This document shows, piece after piece, positions 1 through 12,033 of a DNA stretch of 64,000 bases (its first letter is position 1; each line of letters begins with the position of its first letter). This DNA comes from Anaerohalosphaeraceae bacterium (GTDB taxonomy: Bacteria > Planctomycetota > Phycisphaerae > Sedimentisphaerales > Anaerohalosphaeraceae): assembly GCA_050309605.1 (NCBI GenBank), contig JBNRMN010000033.1:128001-192000 (forward strand), in the 5' to 3' direction. A program made the translations under genes and the position numbers. The notes beneath the pieces were generated by a model. That model did no database searches. It was not told the DNA's origin and saw only the letters and a program-made list of their open reading frames with translations.

Positions 1-1
1 C

Positions 2-277
2 AAAGAACACACAGGCGGCGACAACATCGCCGTCGCCTGGGAAGGCCCCGGCATCGCACAGGAGGTGATTCCCGGCAGGTATCTGTCCCCCTGGTTCATC
101 GGCCTTTACGGCGACTTTGATGACAGCAGCACAGTGTCGATTGACGATCTGGCCGAATTTGCAGGCATGTGGCTCGATGAGGACTGTGCCCGGACGTCCC
201 GAATGGATCTGAATGGCGACTGTGCCGTGAACTTTTATGAGTTTTCACGATTTGCAGAAAACTGGTTGCATCAATGA
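2..277 (+). CDS. 3' end of a secreted protein (PA14-like segment plus C-terminal dockerin-like EF-hand pair); 5' part lies outside the window
   Basis: Frame open from base 2: KEHTGGDNIAVAWEGPGIAQEVIP (PA14-like), then GDFDDSSTVSIDDLAEFAGMWL / DLNGDCAVNFYEFSRFAENWL dockerin-type repeats. Confidence 0.75.
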   Translation, partial: KEHTGGDNIAVAWEGPGIAQEVIPGRYLSPWFIGLYGDFDDSSTVSIDDLAEFAGMWLDEDCARTSRMDLNGDCAVNFYEFSRFAENWLHQ

Positions 278-506
278 GCCGGCAAATACATCCTCTTGGA
301 CCGAACACGAAGCAGAAGATAATTCCACTATCATGTTCACGGATTTCAAGCGTACATACACAACTGAAATCAACGAGAATGTCTCTGTTGTCTTAGAAAA
401 TTGATTGAAAAATCGTGCGGTTATGGTACTGTTTGCCGCAAACGGCATTCGCTGTGTTCCCGGCTTCGGGACTTCCGGACAATTACGGATAATAAGGAAT
501 CTTGAC

Positions 507-2354
507 ATGGAACAGTCGGTAAAGTTGTATGCTCGCAGGTTGGTCTTACTGTGCGTTCTGTCGGTGTTGTGCTCAGGGTGCCGGTCCGGCAGCGTCCCCT
601 CCAAACCGTTGACGGCCTATGATGCGCAGGCCAAAGCCCTGCTGGCCCGGATGACGCTGGACGAAAAAATCGGCCAGATGATTCAGGCTGAAAGCGACGG
701 TTTGGTCGATCCGGCGGATGTGCAAACCTATTATCTCGGCTCGATTCTCAGCGGGGGCAACGCCGATCCGAAGGAAGGCAACAGCCTTCAGGCGTGGACG
801 GATATGTACGACAGCTTTCAGGCCCGAGCGATGTCAACCCGACTGGCAATTCCTATCTTATACGGCATCGATGCGGTGCACGGCCATAACAACGTCCTCG
901 GCGCGGTAATTTTCCCCCACAACATCGGCCTGGGCTGTACCCGGGATGCAAAACTGGTTGAGGAAATTGCGCGTATTACCGCCAAAGAAGTCCGTGCGAC
1001 GGGCATTCAATGGACGTTTGCTCCCTGCATCACTGTTCCGCGGGACGAGCGATGGGGCCGCACGTACGAAGGATTTTCGGAAGACCCGACGCTGGTATCG
1101 CTTCTTGGTGCGGCGTCCGTTCGCGGGTTTCAGGGGACGGACCTGAGCGATCCGCTGGCGCTGCTGGCATGCGCCAAACATTACGTCGGCGACGGCGGCA
1201 CATTGCCGGGAACCGGCGACAAAGGAGGCTGGGATCAGGGCGATACCCGGCTGGACGAAGCCGAACTGCGACGGATTCATTTGGCGCCGTATATTCCTGC
1301 GATTAAGGCAGGCGTCGGCTCCATCATGCCCTCGTACAGCAGTTGGAACGGCGTAAAATCCTCCGGGAGCAAATACCTCCTGACCACGGTACTCAAGGAA
1401 GAACTGGGATTCGATGGTTTTCTGATCTCCGACTATAACGCGATTAAACAGGTTCATCCGGACTTCAAAACCGCCATCGGGATATCGATCAACGCCGGAA
1501 TGGATATGGCGATGGAACCGACGCAGTATCGTACCTTCTTTAGGCACTTAAAGGCGCTGGTCGAAGAAGGGACTGTTTCCATGTTGCGAATCGACGACGC
1601 CGTAACTCGGATTCTCCGGGTCAAATTCGCAATGGGGCTGATGGACCCAGACCGGCCGCAACTGGCCGACAGGAGCCTGCACGCATCCTTCGGCTCGGAC
1701 GAACACCGACAAGTCGCGCGCCGGGCGGTACGCAAATCGCTGGTGCTGCTCAAAAACGACCGCAGCACACTGCCGCTGTCAAAAACCGCCCGGAGGATAC
1801 ATCTGGCCGGCAAGAGCGCCGATGACATCGGCAATCAATGCGGCGGCTGGACGATTGCCTGGCAGGGCAAGAGCGGCACAGTCACCCCGGGCGGCACGAC
1901 CATCCTGCAGGCCGTCAGGAATACCGTCTCAAAAGATACACAAGTAACGTTCAGCGAAGACGGCTCCGGCGTCGCGGGGGCCAACGCCGCCGTGGTGGTC
2001 ATCGGTGAGAAACCGTACGCGGAAATGGACGGCGACACCGGCGATTTGTCGTTGTCAGAAAAAGACCGTGAGGTGATCCGCACGGTTCGACAGGCGGGGA
2101 TTCCTACGGTGGTCATTCTGATCTCAGGACGCCCGATGATACTGGGCGATGCGCTGGAGCAGGCCGATGCCTTTATCGCCGCCTGGCTGCCGGGGACAGA
2201 AGGGCAAGGGATTGCCGACATCCTCTTCGGCGACGATAAGCCGACCGGCAAGCTCTCGTTTACCTGGCCGCGTTCCAATTCGCAAATTCCCATCAACGTC
2301 GGCGACGCGGACTATGACCCGCTGTTTCCTTTTGGATTCGGTCTGACATATTGA
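507..2354 (+). CDS. Glycoside hydrolase family 3 beta-glucosidase/exo-glucanase, probable lipoprotein
   Basis: [32 protein letters not shown] and GFLISDY GH3 motifs; lipobox-like LCSGC; ATG at 507 after AAGGA. Confidence 0.92.
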   Translation: MEQSVKLYARRLVLLCVLSVLCSGCRSGSVPSKPLTAYDAQAKALLARMTLDEKIGQMIQAESDGLVDPADVQTYYLGSILSGGNADPKEGNSLQAWTDMYDSFQARAMSTRLAIPILYGIDAVHGHNNVLGAVIFPHNIGLGCTRDAKLVEEIARITAKEVRATGIQWTFAPCITVPRDERWGRTYEGFSEDPTLVSLLGAASVRGFQGTDLSDPLALLACAKHYVGDGGTLPGTGDKGGWDQGDTRLDEAELRRIHLAPYIPAIKAGVGSIMPSYSSWNGVKSSGSKYLLTTVLKEELGFDGFLISDYNAIKQVHPDFKTAIGISINAGMDMAMEPTQYRTFFRHLKALVEEGTVSMLRIDDAVTRILRVKFAMGLMDPDRPQLADRSLHASFGSDEHRQVARRAVRKSLVLLKNDRSTLPLSKTARRIHLAGKSADDIGNQCGGWTIAWQGKSGTVTPGGTTILQAVRNTVSKDTQVTFSEDGSGVAGANAAVVVIGEKPYAEMDGDTGDLSLSEKDREVIRTVRQAGIPTVVILISGRPMILGDALEQADAFIAAWLPGTEGQGIADILFGDDKPTGKLSFTWPRSNSQIPINVGDADYDPLFPFGFGLTY

Positions 2355-2449
2355 ACGCTTCAAAGTGACCACCGGTCAGGCCAATGAAGGCAAACAGCCG
2401 GCGGATCAGTTGGGACGCTCACCCCCCCCACTGTCCCTATTTAAGAGTG

Positions 2450-3400
2450 TCAATAATCGATGGTGTCTCGGTCCAGGCCGATGTCGGCAGCGACGGCCGA
2501 GTGGGTGATCGCGCCGATGGCGATGCGGTCCACGCCGCAACTGGCGACGGTCAGGACGTTGTTGAGCGTAATGCCGCCGCTGGCTTCGAGCAGGGGGCGC
2601 TTGCCGCACATCTCATTGCGCATCTCGACGGCGTGCTTGAGCTGCCACTGGCCCATATTGTCCAGCAAAATCACATCGATGCCCGGAATCTTGAGCACGC
2701 GATCCAACTGGTTGTCCACGTGATCGACCTCAACAACGACCCAATTGACGCCGTGCTGTTCGCGGGCTTCTTTGATCATCCGCGACAGTCGCGGCACAAA
2801 GCGCCGCCCCAGCTCGGCGATATGGTTGTCCTTGAACATCACCGCCTCGCCCAGATTCATCCGATGGTTGTAGCCGCCGCCGCAGCGGACGGCGTATTTT
2901 TCCAGCTCGCGCCAGCCGGGGATGGTCTTGCGTGTGTCGTATATTTTCGCCCTGGTGCCGCGGGTGGCGCTGACAAATTTCCATGTCATCGTGCTGATGC
3001 CGCACAGCCGCTGCAGAAAATTCAGCACGACCCGCTCGGCGCTGAGCATGGGGCGCAGCGGCCCTTCAATCACCCCCAGCCGCTGGGCGACGCTGGCGCG
3101 GCAGCCGTCTTCAACAAAGGGCTTGAGCGTGAGCCTTGGATCGTAGCGTTTGAAAATTTCAGCGGCGATCTCCATCCCGCAGACGACGATTTCTTCGCGC
3201 GACACCAGCGACGCCCTGGCGAATTCGTTGGCGCCGACGGTGATCTCGCTGGTCGGGTCGCCTTTGCCGAAATCTTCACGGATCGCCAGCTCGATCAGCG
3301 GCGTGACGTGTTTCATATCCGGTTTTTTGAGCCGTCCGGTATAGACAGCATCAAGTCGTTTTGTTTTTTTTCTTGCCGTTTTCTTTCGGGTCTTTTTCAT
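2450..3400 (-). CDS. nadC: Nicotinate-nucleotide pyrophosphorylase (quinolinate phosphoribosyltransferase)
   Basis: [23 protein letters not shown]...KDNH, ILLDN and EASGGIT motifs. Confidence 0.95.
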   Translation of the reverse strand: MKKTRKKTARKKTKRLDAVYTGRLKKPDMKHVTPLIELAIREDFGKGDPTSEITVGANEFARASLVSREEIVVCGMEIAAEIFKRYDPRLTLKPFVEDGCRASVAQRLGVIEGPLRPMLSAERVVLNFLQRLCGISTMTWKFVSATRGTRAKIYDTRKTIPGWRELEKYAVRCGGGYNHRMNLGEAVMFKDNHIAELGRRFVPRLSRMIKEAREQHGVNWVVVEVDHVDNQLDRVLKIPGIDVILLDNMGQWQLKHAVEMRNEMCGKRPLLEASGGITLNNVLTVASCGVDRIAIGAITHSAVAADIGLDRDTIDY

Positions 3401-5454
3401 TGCGGTCTGCTTTTTCGGTTTTTGCCGCGGCGGTCGCTTGCGGCGTTTGCCGTGTTGTTCTTGTTTTGGGCGTTTTCCAGTTGCGGCATTGCCTTCAGTT
3501 CGGCCAGCCGGTCGCGCAGCGCCGCGGCCTTTTCAAACTCCAATGCCTCGGCCGCGGCCAGCATCGCCTTTTCCAGCTCGGCCATCAGTTCCGTGCGGTC
3601 AAATTCCGTCTCGTCCAACTGAATCGCTTCCTGAGCACGTTTGCGGGCTTTGAAGGTATCGGACAGACCCCGCTGAATCTCCTTGCGGACAGTTTGCGGG
3701 GTGATGCCGTGCCGGGCGTTATACGCCAATTGAATTGTACGCCGTCGATTCGTTTCGTCAATGGTATTTTTGATGGCCTCTGTCATTCGGTCGGCGTACA
3801 GAATCACCTTGGCGTTGACATTGCGAGCGGTCCGCCCGATGGTCTGAATCAGCGACGTTTCGCTTCGCAAAAAGCCCTCCTTGTCGGCGTCCAGGATCGC
3901 CACCAGCGACACTTCCGGCAAATCCAGCCCCTCGCGCAGCAGGTTAATGCCCACCAGCACGTCAAACTCCCCCTCGCGAAGATTCCGGAGGATATCGACC
4001 CGCTGAAGCGTCTCGATTTCGCTGTGCAGATAACGGCAGCGAATGCCTTTGCTCGTCAGGTAGCCGGACAAATCCTCGGCCAGCCGCTTGGTCAGCGTGG
4101 TCACCAGCACCCGCTCGCCGGCGGCAATACGCTGCTGGATTTCGTCCATCAGGTGCGGAATCTGCTCGGAGGCCGGGTGCACGAAGATTTCCGGATCGAC
4201 CAGGCCGGTTGGGCGGATAATCTGCTCAACGACCTCGCCGTCGCACAAGTCCAGTTCGAACGGGCCGGGTGTGGCCGAGACAAAGATGACTTGTTTCCAG
4301 CGCTGCTGAAATTCTTCAAACCGCAGCGGGCGGTTATCCAGTGCACTGGGCAAGCGAAAGCCGTGTTCGACCAGCACTTCCTTACGCCGCCGGTCGCCGG
4401 CCCACATCGCCCGAAGCTGCGGAATTGTCACATGCGATTCATCGATAAACAGCAAAAAATCATCGGGAAAGTAGTCAATCAGCGTAAACGGCCGCGCGCC
4501 GGGCTTGAGGCCGGCCATATGGCGGGCGTAGTTTTCAATCCCGCTGCAATAGCCCACTTCGCGAATCATCTCCAGATCGTACCGCGTGCGGGCCTCCAGC
4601 CGCTGGGCCTCGAGCAGCTTGCCTTCGTGGCGAAGCTGAAGCAGCCTTTCTTCCAGTTCCTGTTCGATGCCCGTACAGGCCGATTCGATGCGATCGGCCG
4701 GCAGGATGTAATGTTTGGCCGGATAGATGAAGACCTGTTCTTCTTCGGCCAGCACCTCACCGCTGACCGGATGGATGTAGGCGATGGCCTCGATCTCGTC
4801 GCCGAAGAACGAAAACCGCACGGCAAAACTCTCATAGGACGGCCACAGCTCCACCACATCACCCCGCACGCGAAATGTGCCGCGGGCAAAGTCGATGTCG
4901 TTGCGGTCGTACTGCAGGTCGGCAAATCGCCCCAGCAGTTCGTTGCGATCCGTCTGGTCGCCCACGCGCACGCCGATGACGCTGGCCTCATAGTCTTCCG
5001 GACTGCCCAGCCCGAAGATGCACGACACGCTGGCCACGACCACCGCATCGCGTCGGCTCAGCAGGCTGGTCGTGGTCGAAAGCCGCAGCCGATCCAGCTC
5101 GTCGTTGCGCGAGGCGTCTTTTTCGATGTAGATGTCCCGCTGGGGGATGTATGCTTCGGGCTGGTAGTAGTCGTAGTAGCTGACAAAATATTCGACGGCG
5201 TTTTGTGGAAACAATTCGCGAAATTCCTCGAAAAGCTGGGCCGCCAGTGTCTTGTTGTGCGAGATGACCAGTGCGGGCTTGCCCACCCGCGCAATGACAT
5301 TGGCCATCGTAAACGTCTTGCCGCTGCCGGTGACCCCCAGCAGCGTCTGATACCGCCTGCCATGCACAACGCCCGATGTCAGCTTCTCTATCGCCGCCGG
5401 CTGATCGCCCCGCGGCTGGAACGCACTGTGTATTGTAAACTCGGATTTGCCCAT
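3397..5454 (-). CDS. uvrB: Excinuclease ABC subunit B
   Basis: [44 protein letters not shown]-terminal UVR domain; start taken at MGKSEF (5454). Confidence 0.97.
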   Translation of the reverse strand: MGKSEFTIHSAFQPRGDQPAAIEKLTSGVVHGRRYQTLLGVTGSGKTFTMANVIARVGKPALVISHNKTLAAQLFEEFRELFPQNAVEYFVSYYDYYQPEAYIPQRDIYIEKDASRNDELDRLRLSTTTSLLSRRDAVVVASVSCIFGLGSPEDYEASVIGVRVGDQTDRNELLGRFADLQYDRNDIDFARGTFRVRGDVVELWPSYESFAVRFSFFGDEIEAIAYIHPVSGEVLAEEEQVFIYPAKHYILPADRIESACTGIEQELEERLLQLRHEGKLLEAQRLEARTRYDLEMIREVGYCSGIENYARHMAGLKPGARPFTLIDYFPDDFLLFIDESHVTIPQLRAMWAGDRRRKEVLVEHGFRLPSALDNRPLRFEEFQQRWKQVIFVSATPGPFELDLCDGEVVEQIIRPTGLVDPEIFVHPASEQIPHLMDEIQQRIAAGERVLVTTLTKRLAEDLSGYLTSKGIRCRYLHSEIETLQRVDILRNLREGEFDVLVGINLLREGLDLPEVSLVAILDADKEGFLRSETSLIQTIGRTARNVNAKVILYADRMTEAIKNTIDETNRRRTIQLAYNARHGITPQTVRKEIQRGLSDTFKARKRAQEAIQLDETEFDRTELMAELEKAMLAAAEALEFEKAAALRDRLAELKAMPQLENAQNKNNTANAASDRRGKNRKSRPQ

Positions 5455-5617
5455 AAGCAACTTATCATACCACGACTGGTCGCTGGTTTCAACTGGCAGC
5501 TTCAAAAGCCAGACGTACCGAGTCTTGTTTTTCGTGCAAAAAAACGGCTTTACGGTTGCGGCGTCGTCTGCTATACTCCCGCGAAACAATAAAGCACGAC
5601 AATTCGGAGAGTTTCGA

Positions 5618-6100
5618 ATGCATGACATTATGCCGATTTCACAGACCGGTTATGACAAGCTGAAAGAAGAACTGAGCGAACTGGAAAAGGAGGCCGTCCA
5701 GGTGCGCCAGCGCGTCGCCGAGGCCCGCGAGCAGGGCGACTTGAAAGAAAACGGCGAATACATTTACGGCCGCCAGCAGCTCGGCTTTATCGAGGGGCGA
5801 CTGGCCGAGATCCGCGGCAAGCTCAACTTTTCCAAGGTGGTCGATTGCAGGCAGGTCTCCTGTGATCGGGCCGATTTCGGTACGACGGTTACGCTGCGCA
5901 ATCTGGACAATCAACAGACGGTGGTCTATCACCTGCTCGGGCCGTATGACGCTGATGTTGTTGACAACGGTATCTCCATCAAATCCCCCGTCGGCGAGTC
6001 GCTGCTCGGCCTGACCCCCGGCGAAAAAGTCGAAGTCAATGTTCCCCGCGGCCTGATTCAGTTTGAACTGCTTGACGTCAAAACAGCCGATTTTAGCTGA
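5618..6100 (+). CDS. greA: Transcription elongation factor GreA
   Basis: [13 protein letters not shown] and [17 protein letters not shown] upstream of ATG 5618. Confidence 0.9.
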   Translation: MHDIMPISQTGYDKLKEELSELEKEAVQVRQRVAEAREQGDLKENGEYIYGRQQLGFIEGRLAEIRGKLNFSKVVDCRQVSCDRADFGTTVTLRNLDNQQTVVYHLLGPYDADVVDNGISIKSPVGESLLGLTPGEKVEVNVPRGLIQFELLDVKTADFS

Positions 6101-6235
6101 CCCGGCCGCCGGCGGGTCTCTTGCCGCGTGCCAAAGGGGTGTTGATTGTGGCCCCGATTGCCGTTACGCTGGCCGAACGCGATGATCATAACGGGCAAGT
6201 GAGTCATACAAGACAGGAAAGGGCAGTATCATAAA

Positions 6236-6973
6236 ATGAAAAGCACGGCAGTGATCATTTGTGCGGCCGGGGCGGGCACGCGGTTCGGCGGCGACCGAAA
6301 AAAGCCGTTTATCGAGGTCAGCGGGCGGGCGGCGTTTCTGCGGAGCGTCGAGTTTTTTTCCGACCGCGACGAGGTCAAACAGATTCTGCTGGCCATCAGC
6401 CCGGACGACGAAGAGCTGGTTACCGTCAAATGGGGGGCGATGCTCGGCTTTCACGGCGTCAAGCTGTGTTTCGGCGGCAGGGAACGCTTCGAGACCGTTG
6501 CCAATGCGCTCGAGAAAATCGGCGACGAGATCGAACTCATTGCCGTGCACGATGCGGTGCGGTGCTGTCTGACGAATGAGTGGGTGGACGCGGTGTTTGC
6601 CAAAGCCGCCGAGACGGGGGCGGCGATTCTGGCCTGTCCGGTGGTCGCAACGCTCAAACAAGTCCAAGACGGCAACATCGTCAAAACCGTCCGGCGCGAC
6701 AATCTCTACGAGGCCCAGACGCCGCAGGTGTTCGAGGCCGCACTGCTTCGACGGGCGTACGCCAATCTGAAGCACCTTGACCGCGCCGCGGTGACCGACG
6801 ATGCCCAGTTGGTTGAGGCACTGGGCCGGCCGGTGGCGATTGTCGAAACCGACCACTCCAACCTGAAGATCACTCGAAAAAACGATGTGCCCGTTGCCGA
6901 GGCCATCATCAAAAGCCGTCCCAAACCCAAACCCGACGGCCCTATCGGCCCCTATTTCGAGGCGCAGTGGTAA
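6236..6973 (+). CDS. ispD: 2-C-methyl-D-erythritol 4-phosphate cytidylyltransferase
   Basis: AAGAGTRFG...K, VHDAVR, QTPQVF, TDDA, NLKIT. Confidence 0.93.
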   Translation: MKSTAVIICAAGAGTRFGGDRKKPFIEVSGRAAFLRSVEFFSDRDEVKQILLAISPDDEELVTVKWGAMLGFHGVKLCFGGRERFETVANALEKIGDEIELIAVHDAVRCCLTNEWVDAVFAKAAETGAAILACPVVATLKQVQDGNIVKTVRRDNLYEAQTPQVFEAALLRRAYANLKHLDRAAVTDDAQLVEALGRPVAIVETDHSNLKITRKNDVPVAEAIIKSRPKPKPDGPIGPYFEAQW

Positions 6974-7043
6974 CCGGACGGCCGCATCAAATTTTGCGCC
7001 CAAATGTTGACAAAAATGATGGCCTCCCGGTCTGCGGCAAGGC

Positions 7044-8183
7044 CTAAAAACCGGCGCCTTCAGCCGGCTGAGCCTGAGGCTCTTTTTCTTCCGGTGCGTC
7101 CAGCTCTTGTTCAATCTCCGGCGTTGACTGAACCGGCTCAAGGCCAAGCAGACTGACCATTGCGTTCTGTTTGAATTGGAACATCACCGGCCTCATCCCG
7201 TCGGGAACTTTGAAGGCCACATCCACCCACAGCATCCGTTCCCGCATTCCCAGTGTATCGTCAGGCTCGATCACGTCGTCCAGCCCCTTTGCGACGAACT
7301 GCTTGCCTTCCGTCGGGCGATTCGGATTTCGGTATTGCAGCAATCCGGCCGGCAGGATCGCCTCGCCGACGCCCCGCAGATGATCCGCTTCGCCTGTCGG
7401 TTTACAGATCAGTCGAAGCTGAGCCATCCCGAATTTGATTTGGCCGGCGGCGTTGTTGGCGCCGCCGTCCGGGATGCTTTTGGAGACGATGCCGATCCGC
7501 ACGACCGTATAGTTTCCTTTTTCCGGAACGGACCAGAGGCGTATCGGCTTTTTGTCTCGGGGCGGCAGCGACAGACATTTGCGCGAGGCAATGGATTGCA
7601 CATCTTTCTGGATATAATATCGATTGAGGTGGATTTTGTTCAAAAAGTCAGTCTGTACCACGGCAAAACTGGTATCAGACGCCAGTGCACCCCGACTAAG
7701 CCAACTGAACAGCCCAGTAACAAAACCGTCGGCGTTCACGACCGGCAACTGGGGATTGGTCAGAATAATTTGCCGGTCGGCCGGAAATCGGCTGTAAATG
7801 ACTTTGTGCTGAACCGGCATTAACCCCATCGATACCAGAAGATTGCCCGCGATGATCACGCCGGTGATCAGTCCGCAGATCAGCGATGCGGCGACGCGCG
7901 CGTGTTTGCCCAGGTCGATGCTGCTTCCGACCAGCAAATCCGCCAACGCGCGAAACAGGGCCGAGCCGAGAATAAAGGCCAACACATAGCAGCCGGACAG
8001 CGCCCAATCCGCGCCATAGCCGCGCGAGATGAACAAATCCGCCATCGCTTCGTGATAGCTGAACGCAATCACGGTGGCAAAGATCGCCGCAACCAATGTG
8101 GAAAACGAGGTCATCAGCGAACACTTCAGATAAAAATGAATCACCGTCAGAACAATAATCAGCAGTATAATGGCCGTGGTCAT
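7044..8183 (-). CDS. Membrane protein, CvpA-like N-terminal TM bundle plus soluble C-terminal domain
   Basis: About four hydrophobic helices in the first ~120 aa; same strand and close spacing with the ATPase genes. Confidence 0.6.
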   Translation of the reverse strand: MTTAIILLIIVLTVIHFYLKCSLMTSFSTLVAAIFATVIAFSYHEAMADLFISRGYGADWALSGCYVLAFILGSALFRALADLLVGSSIDLGKHARVAASLICGLITGVIIAGNLLVSMGLMPVQHKVIYSRFPADRQIILTNPQLPVVNADGFVTGLFSWLSRGALASDTSFAVVQTDFLNKIHLNRYYIQKDVQSIASRKCLSLPPRDKKPIRLWSVPEKGNYTVVRIGIVSKSIPDGGANNAAGQIKFGMAQLRLICKPTGEADHLRGVGEAILPAGLLQYRNPNRPTEGKQFVAKGLDDVIEPDDTLGMRERMLWVDVAFKVPDGMRPVMFQFKQNAMVSLLGLEPVQSTPEIEQELDAPEEKEPQAQPAEGAGF

Positions 8184-8207
8184 TGAACACCCCTTGAACC
8201 GTCAGGA

Positions 8208-9848
8208 TTAAGATTTTGTCGAAAAATTCCGAATGACTTCGTTGATGGACGTGACTCCCATCGTCACCTTCTTAATGGATTGCTCCTGCATATAGAGCAT
8301 GCCCGCCTTGCGGAAGGCGGTGGCAATTTCCTGGGGCGACTTGGCGTTTTTAATCACCTCGCGCAAGTCATCGGTGATGCGAATGGTCTCAAACATCCCC
8401 GTGCGTCCGAAAAAGCCGGTGCCCTGGCATTTTTCGCAGACAATCGGTTTTCCGTGTTTGTCGTATTCGATTTCGCCGGGACGATAAAACATTCCCACTT
8501 CGTTGGCGGGTATATTGAATTTTTTGAACAGGGCCTGATTGGGCTGATAGGGTTGACGGCAGTCCGGACACAGGGTGCGCACCAGCCGCTGATTGAGGAT
8601 GGCCGTCAGCGTCTCGGCCACGAGGGCCTTGTCGCCGACCAGCTTCAGCCATTTTTCAATGGTTTGACTGACGCTTGACGCATCCAGTGTGGCGTAAACG
8701 ATGCGTCCGTCTTTGGCCGCGGCGCACGCCAGTTTGGCGCACTGGGCGTCCTCGCATTCTTCAATACCGACGATGTCAGGACCTCGCCGAAGCAATGTCT
8801 GAAACCGGCGGGAATACGTCGTGGTGCCGGTGTCGGTCATGGTAAAGACATTTTGCGTAATATTCTGCAGCTCGGCCGCGGGTGTTTTTTCAAGGGTATT
8901 GATGTTGTTCAGAAACGGGTCATGGTTGCCCAGCAGCGTATAAAGGGTGGTGGTTTTTCCGCTTTTGGGTGTCCCCGAAACAATGATGAGGCCGCCGCCT
9001 TCCAAGTCGCGCAGCGAACGAATCGATTCAAACTGATTTTCGTTGAGTCCCAGATCGTCGAGTTTGCGTGAAACCAACTCGGAAATCCGCTCCAGTCGGA
9101 CTTGTTCGCCGGCGGTTGACCCGGAGGTATTGACCTGCCATTCGGTCTTTAATTCTTTGTCTTTGATGGCTTTGAAACGGCCCTGCTGGGGTTTGCGTTT
9201 TTCTTCCACTTCCAGGCCGGCAAGCTGTTTGACGTAGTAAATAAAATTGTCTATTTCCTCTTTGGTTCGAGCCGGCTGCTTCATCGGAATGCCGTCGATC
9301 AGATAGACCACTGCATACTCGTCTTTCTGAGGGATGAGGCTGATCTCATCGGCGCGCCGCCAGATGGCATCGTCGAGAATCTCGCAGGTCAGCACGAACC
9401 CTTCCGCTTCGCGTGTTTTCGGCGCGGGCAGCGGCACTTCATTTTTATTGCCGGTCACAAAGGATATTCCCTGACTGAGTTTTTCGAGTTTTTTAGTCTC
9501 GTCAACCAGAAGTCCTTTGAGGTGTTCGGGTGTCAGTACCCGCTCAAAATCCGAGACGCGGGCGTTTCGGTGCACCACATACGCCACGGTGACCGACCCG
9601 ACACTGAGCAGATACAGCAGGAATCCGATAAGGAACGCCGGAATCAGCATCCATACCAGCAATGCGATGGCGCCGATGGCTGCGATGCCCGCCGTCCAGG
9701 CCTGTTTGTTGGTCCGCACGGCCTGTGAGTCGGTATGTACCCAGTTGACCAGCGGCATCCATCCGAAAAACGCCGCGGCCATCAGCACGCCTTTCCATGC
9801 TTCGATATACCCTCCGATATCCGAACCTGTTGCCAGCATACCACTCAT
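8208..9848 (-). CDS. GspE/PilB-family secretion ATPase-like protein with N-terminal TM helices and degenerate catalytic motifs
   Basis: Walker A GTPKSGKTTTLY, NQRLVRTLCPDC...CEKCQGTGFFGRTGMFE Zn motif, GVTSINEVIR; Walker B and His boxes altered. Confidence 0.85.
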   Translation of the reverse strand: MSGMLATGSDIGGYIEAWKGVLMAAAFFGWMPLVNWVHTDSQAVRTNKQAWTAGIAAIGAIALLVWMLIPAFLIGFLLYLLSVGSVTVAYVVHRNARVSDFERVLTPEHLKGLLVDETKKLEKLSQGISFVTGNKNEVPLPAPKTREAEGFVLTCEILDDAIWRRADEISLIPQKDEYAVVYLIDGIPMKQPARTKEEIDNFIYYVKQLAGLEVEEKRKPQQGRFKAIKDKELKTEWQVNTSGSTAGEQVRLERISELVSRKLDDLGLNENQFESIRSLRDLEGGGLIIVSGTPKSGKTTTLYTLLGNHDPFLNNINTLEKTPAAELQNITQNVFTMTDTGTTTYSRRFQTLLRRGPDIVGIEECEDAQCAKLACAAAKDGRIVYATLDASSVSQTIEKWLKLVGDKALVAETLTAILNQRLVRTLCPDCRQPYQPNQALFKKFNIPANEVGMFYRPGEIEYDKHGKPIVCEKCQGTGFFGRTGMFETIRITDDLREVIKNAKSPQEIATAFRKAGMLYMQEQSIKKVTMGVTSINEVIRNFSTKS

Positions 9849-9968
9849 CGTCTTGACTCCAAAACCTTATCTTGCATTTGTTTTGCCTGCGGCTGTATTG
9901 ATTGTTGACATGGGATGCGTACTCCGGTCGAGGCCGATAATGGGGCGATGCCCCGCCGCGTCTGAGCG

Positions 9969-11099
9969 TTACAGAATTCCGCTTGCACCGGAACGAATCC
10001 CTTTCATTGCCATCTTCAATTCTTCGACATTCGGTGCATATTCCAGCGCCTTTTTCAAATCGATGTATTCTTCTTCGACAAGGCGGCGCAGGCTTTCGGT
10101 AAAGTCCTGCATCCCTTCGCCTTCGCCGGCGCGAATCGCCGCCGGAAGGTCGGACTCACGCTCTTCGCGAATCAGCTTACGCACAATCGGCGTGTTAATC
10201 ATAATTTCCACCGCCGGAACCCGCGGCACATCGGGGCGGATGCCCGGCAGAAGCTGCTGGCTAATGACTGCACGAATGGTCAGCGCAAAGGTCTGACGCG
10301 CCAAGTCTCGCTCTTCCTGCGGGAACATGTCCAAAACACGCTGTATTGTCTGCGAACAATTGTTGGAGTGAAGTGTTCCGAACACCAAGTGTCCGGTTTC
10401 AGCCGCCCGCATCGCAGCGGTCAGGGTCTCGTTGTCTCGGATCTCACCCACCAGTACCACATCCGGGTCCTGACGCATCATACTGCGAAGCGCCTCATCA
10501 AAATTCGGTACGTCAATGCCGATTTCACGCTGGGAGACGATGGATTTTTTGTCCACGTGCAGAAATTCAAGCGGGTCTTCAATCGTTACAATGTGAGCGG
10601 CCGTGGTGCTGTTGATGTGGTCAATCATTGAGGCAATGGTGGTACTCTTGCCCGATCCGGTCGGCCCGGTTACAAGAATCATTCCGTCGTGGCTTTCGGC
10701 GATTTTTTCCACAACGGGCGGGACATGCAGCGTTTCGAACGGAGGAATGCGCCCGCTGATCCGCCGGGCGGCCATGCTCACAAAACTGCGCTGACGAAAG
10801 GCGTTGATACGAAACCGATCCATTTCGCCTACCTGATAGGCAAAATCCAGCGCCCCGTGTTCGAGAAAGTACTGCTTCTGAGCCGGACTCAAAATCTCAA
10901 AGACAAGCTGCTCAATACGTTCCTCGGTCATTACTTCGCCGGTGGTACTTTTCAGTTTGCTGTGGATACGAAGTTTGGGAGGCATTCCGACTTTCAGGTG
11001 GAGGTCACTGGCGTCCGCTTTGATGGCCGCGCGAAACAGCTTTTCGATCTCCGGCGCCTTGTCGGCATGAACATGCGTATCCAGAGGTTGGTTTTTCAT
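9969..11099 (-). CDS. pilT: Type IV pilus retraction ATPase PilT/PilU family
   Basis: ASDLHL, GPTGSGKSTT, TIEDPLE, RQDPDVVLVGEIRD, AETGHLVFGTLH; AGGAG before ATG 11099. Confidence 0.92.
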   Translation of the reverse strand: MKNQPLDTHVHADKAPEIEKLFRAAIKADASDLHLKVGMPPKLRIHSKLKSTTGEVMTEERIEQLVFEILSPAQKQYFLEHGALDFAYQVGEMDRFRINAFRQRSFVSMAARRISGRIPPFETLHVPPVVEKIAESHDGMILVTGPTGSGKSTTIASMIDHINSTTAAHIVTIEDPLEFLHVDKKSIVSQREIGIDVPNFDEALRSMMRQDPDVVLVGEIRDNETLTAAMRAAETGHLVFGTLHSNNCSQTIQRVLDMFPQEERDLARQTFALTIRAVISQQLLPGIRPDVPRVPAVEIMINTPIVRKLIREERESDLPAAIRAGEGEGMQDFTESLRRLVEEEYIDLKKALEYAPNVEELKMAMKGIRSGASGIL

Positions 11100-11374
11100 A
11101 TCGACTCTCCTGACGGCTGACAATTTTACAGATAACAGATGTATTAAGCCTTATATATAGTGCTGTTGCAATCAGCCCCTGTTTTTTCAAAGGCAATTGA
11201 CAGGCCAAAACCTTTATTATGCAATGACAGCCTTGTTCTGTCAATGCAGCAATCCGGATTTATTGGAAAAGAGGATGTTTCTTTTCGTTATAAAATCCTT
11301 TACCGTCGGAGCGAATTGGGGTAAAATACAGGTGAAAAGGCAGATTTGTTGTGATACTGGATAAGGAATAGTCA

Positions 11375-12019
11375 ATGAAAAGGCAGATAACGGTTCTGAT
11401 GATCGGGTTAATGGGGCTTTCGGCTGTTGGGGATGCGGCTTTTCCCACACCGGCGATTGTTCAAAAGCCGACTGAATGGACGCTTTCCGTCCAGTTTGAA
11501 CATCCCCGTCAAATAACGCTGCGTGTACCGGGGCGTCAGGGGCCGGAGCGTTTTTGGTACCTCATTCTGTCGCTGACCAACGACAGCGTCCATGCGGATG
11601 TGCCGTTTGTCCCGACCTGCGAGCTGGTCACGGATAATTTTGAGATTATCCCCGCCGGGTTTGGCATTCCCAAAGGTGTCTTTGAGACGATCAAGCTCAG
11701 ACACCAGGGCAGCTATCCGTTTCTTGAATCGCTGGATTTTAAGGATAACCGGATTCGTCGCGGGGCGGACAACACGCGGGATTTTGTCGTTATCTGGAAA
11801 GATTTTAACCTCAAAGCCAGCGAAGTCAGTTTTTTTATAGCAGGGTTGAGCAATGAAACGACAGCGATTTTGCATCCGACTCGGACCGACGAAGAAGGCA
11901 GCCCCGTTAAGGTGTTTCTGCAAAAGACTCTTCAACTCCGCTATAATGTCGGCGCCGACGCCGCCCGGCGCGATCGGGCTTCTCTTGAATTGATCGGGCG
12001 GGAATGGGTCATGCGGTAA
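11375..12019 (+). CDS. Hypothetical exported protein
   Basis: 214-aa ORF with signal peptide; AAGGA RBS. Confidence 0.7.
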   Translation: MKRQITVLMIGLMGLSAVGDAAFPTPAIVQKPTEWTLSVQFEHPRQITLRVPGRQGPERFWYLILSLTNDSVHADVPFVPTCELVTDNFEIIPAGFGIPKGVFETIKLRHQGSYPFLESLDFKDNRIRRGADNTRDFVVIWKDFNLKASEVSFFIAGLSNETTAILHPTRTDEEGSPVKVFLQKTLQLRYNVGADAARRDRASLELIGREWVMR

Positions 12020-12033
12020 ATTGTCTCGGAGGT

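Noticed and set aside
3361..5592. 743-aa + strand ORF, and similar long antisense ORFs over nadC, ilvB, ilvC, GH2, uvrA, prs, lpxC and ribBA
   Set aside because: Shadow frames of well-supported genes in GC-rich DNA, with no recognisable motifs
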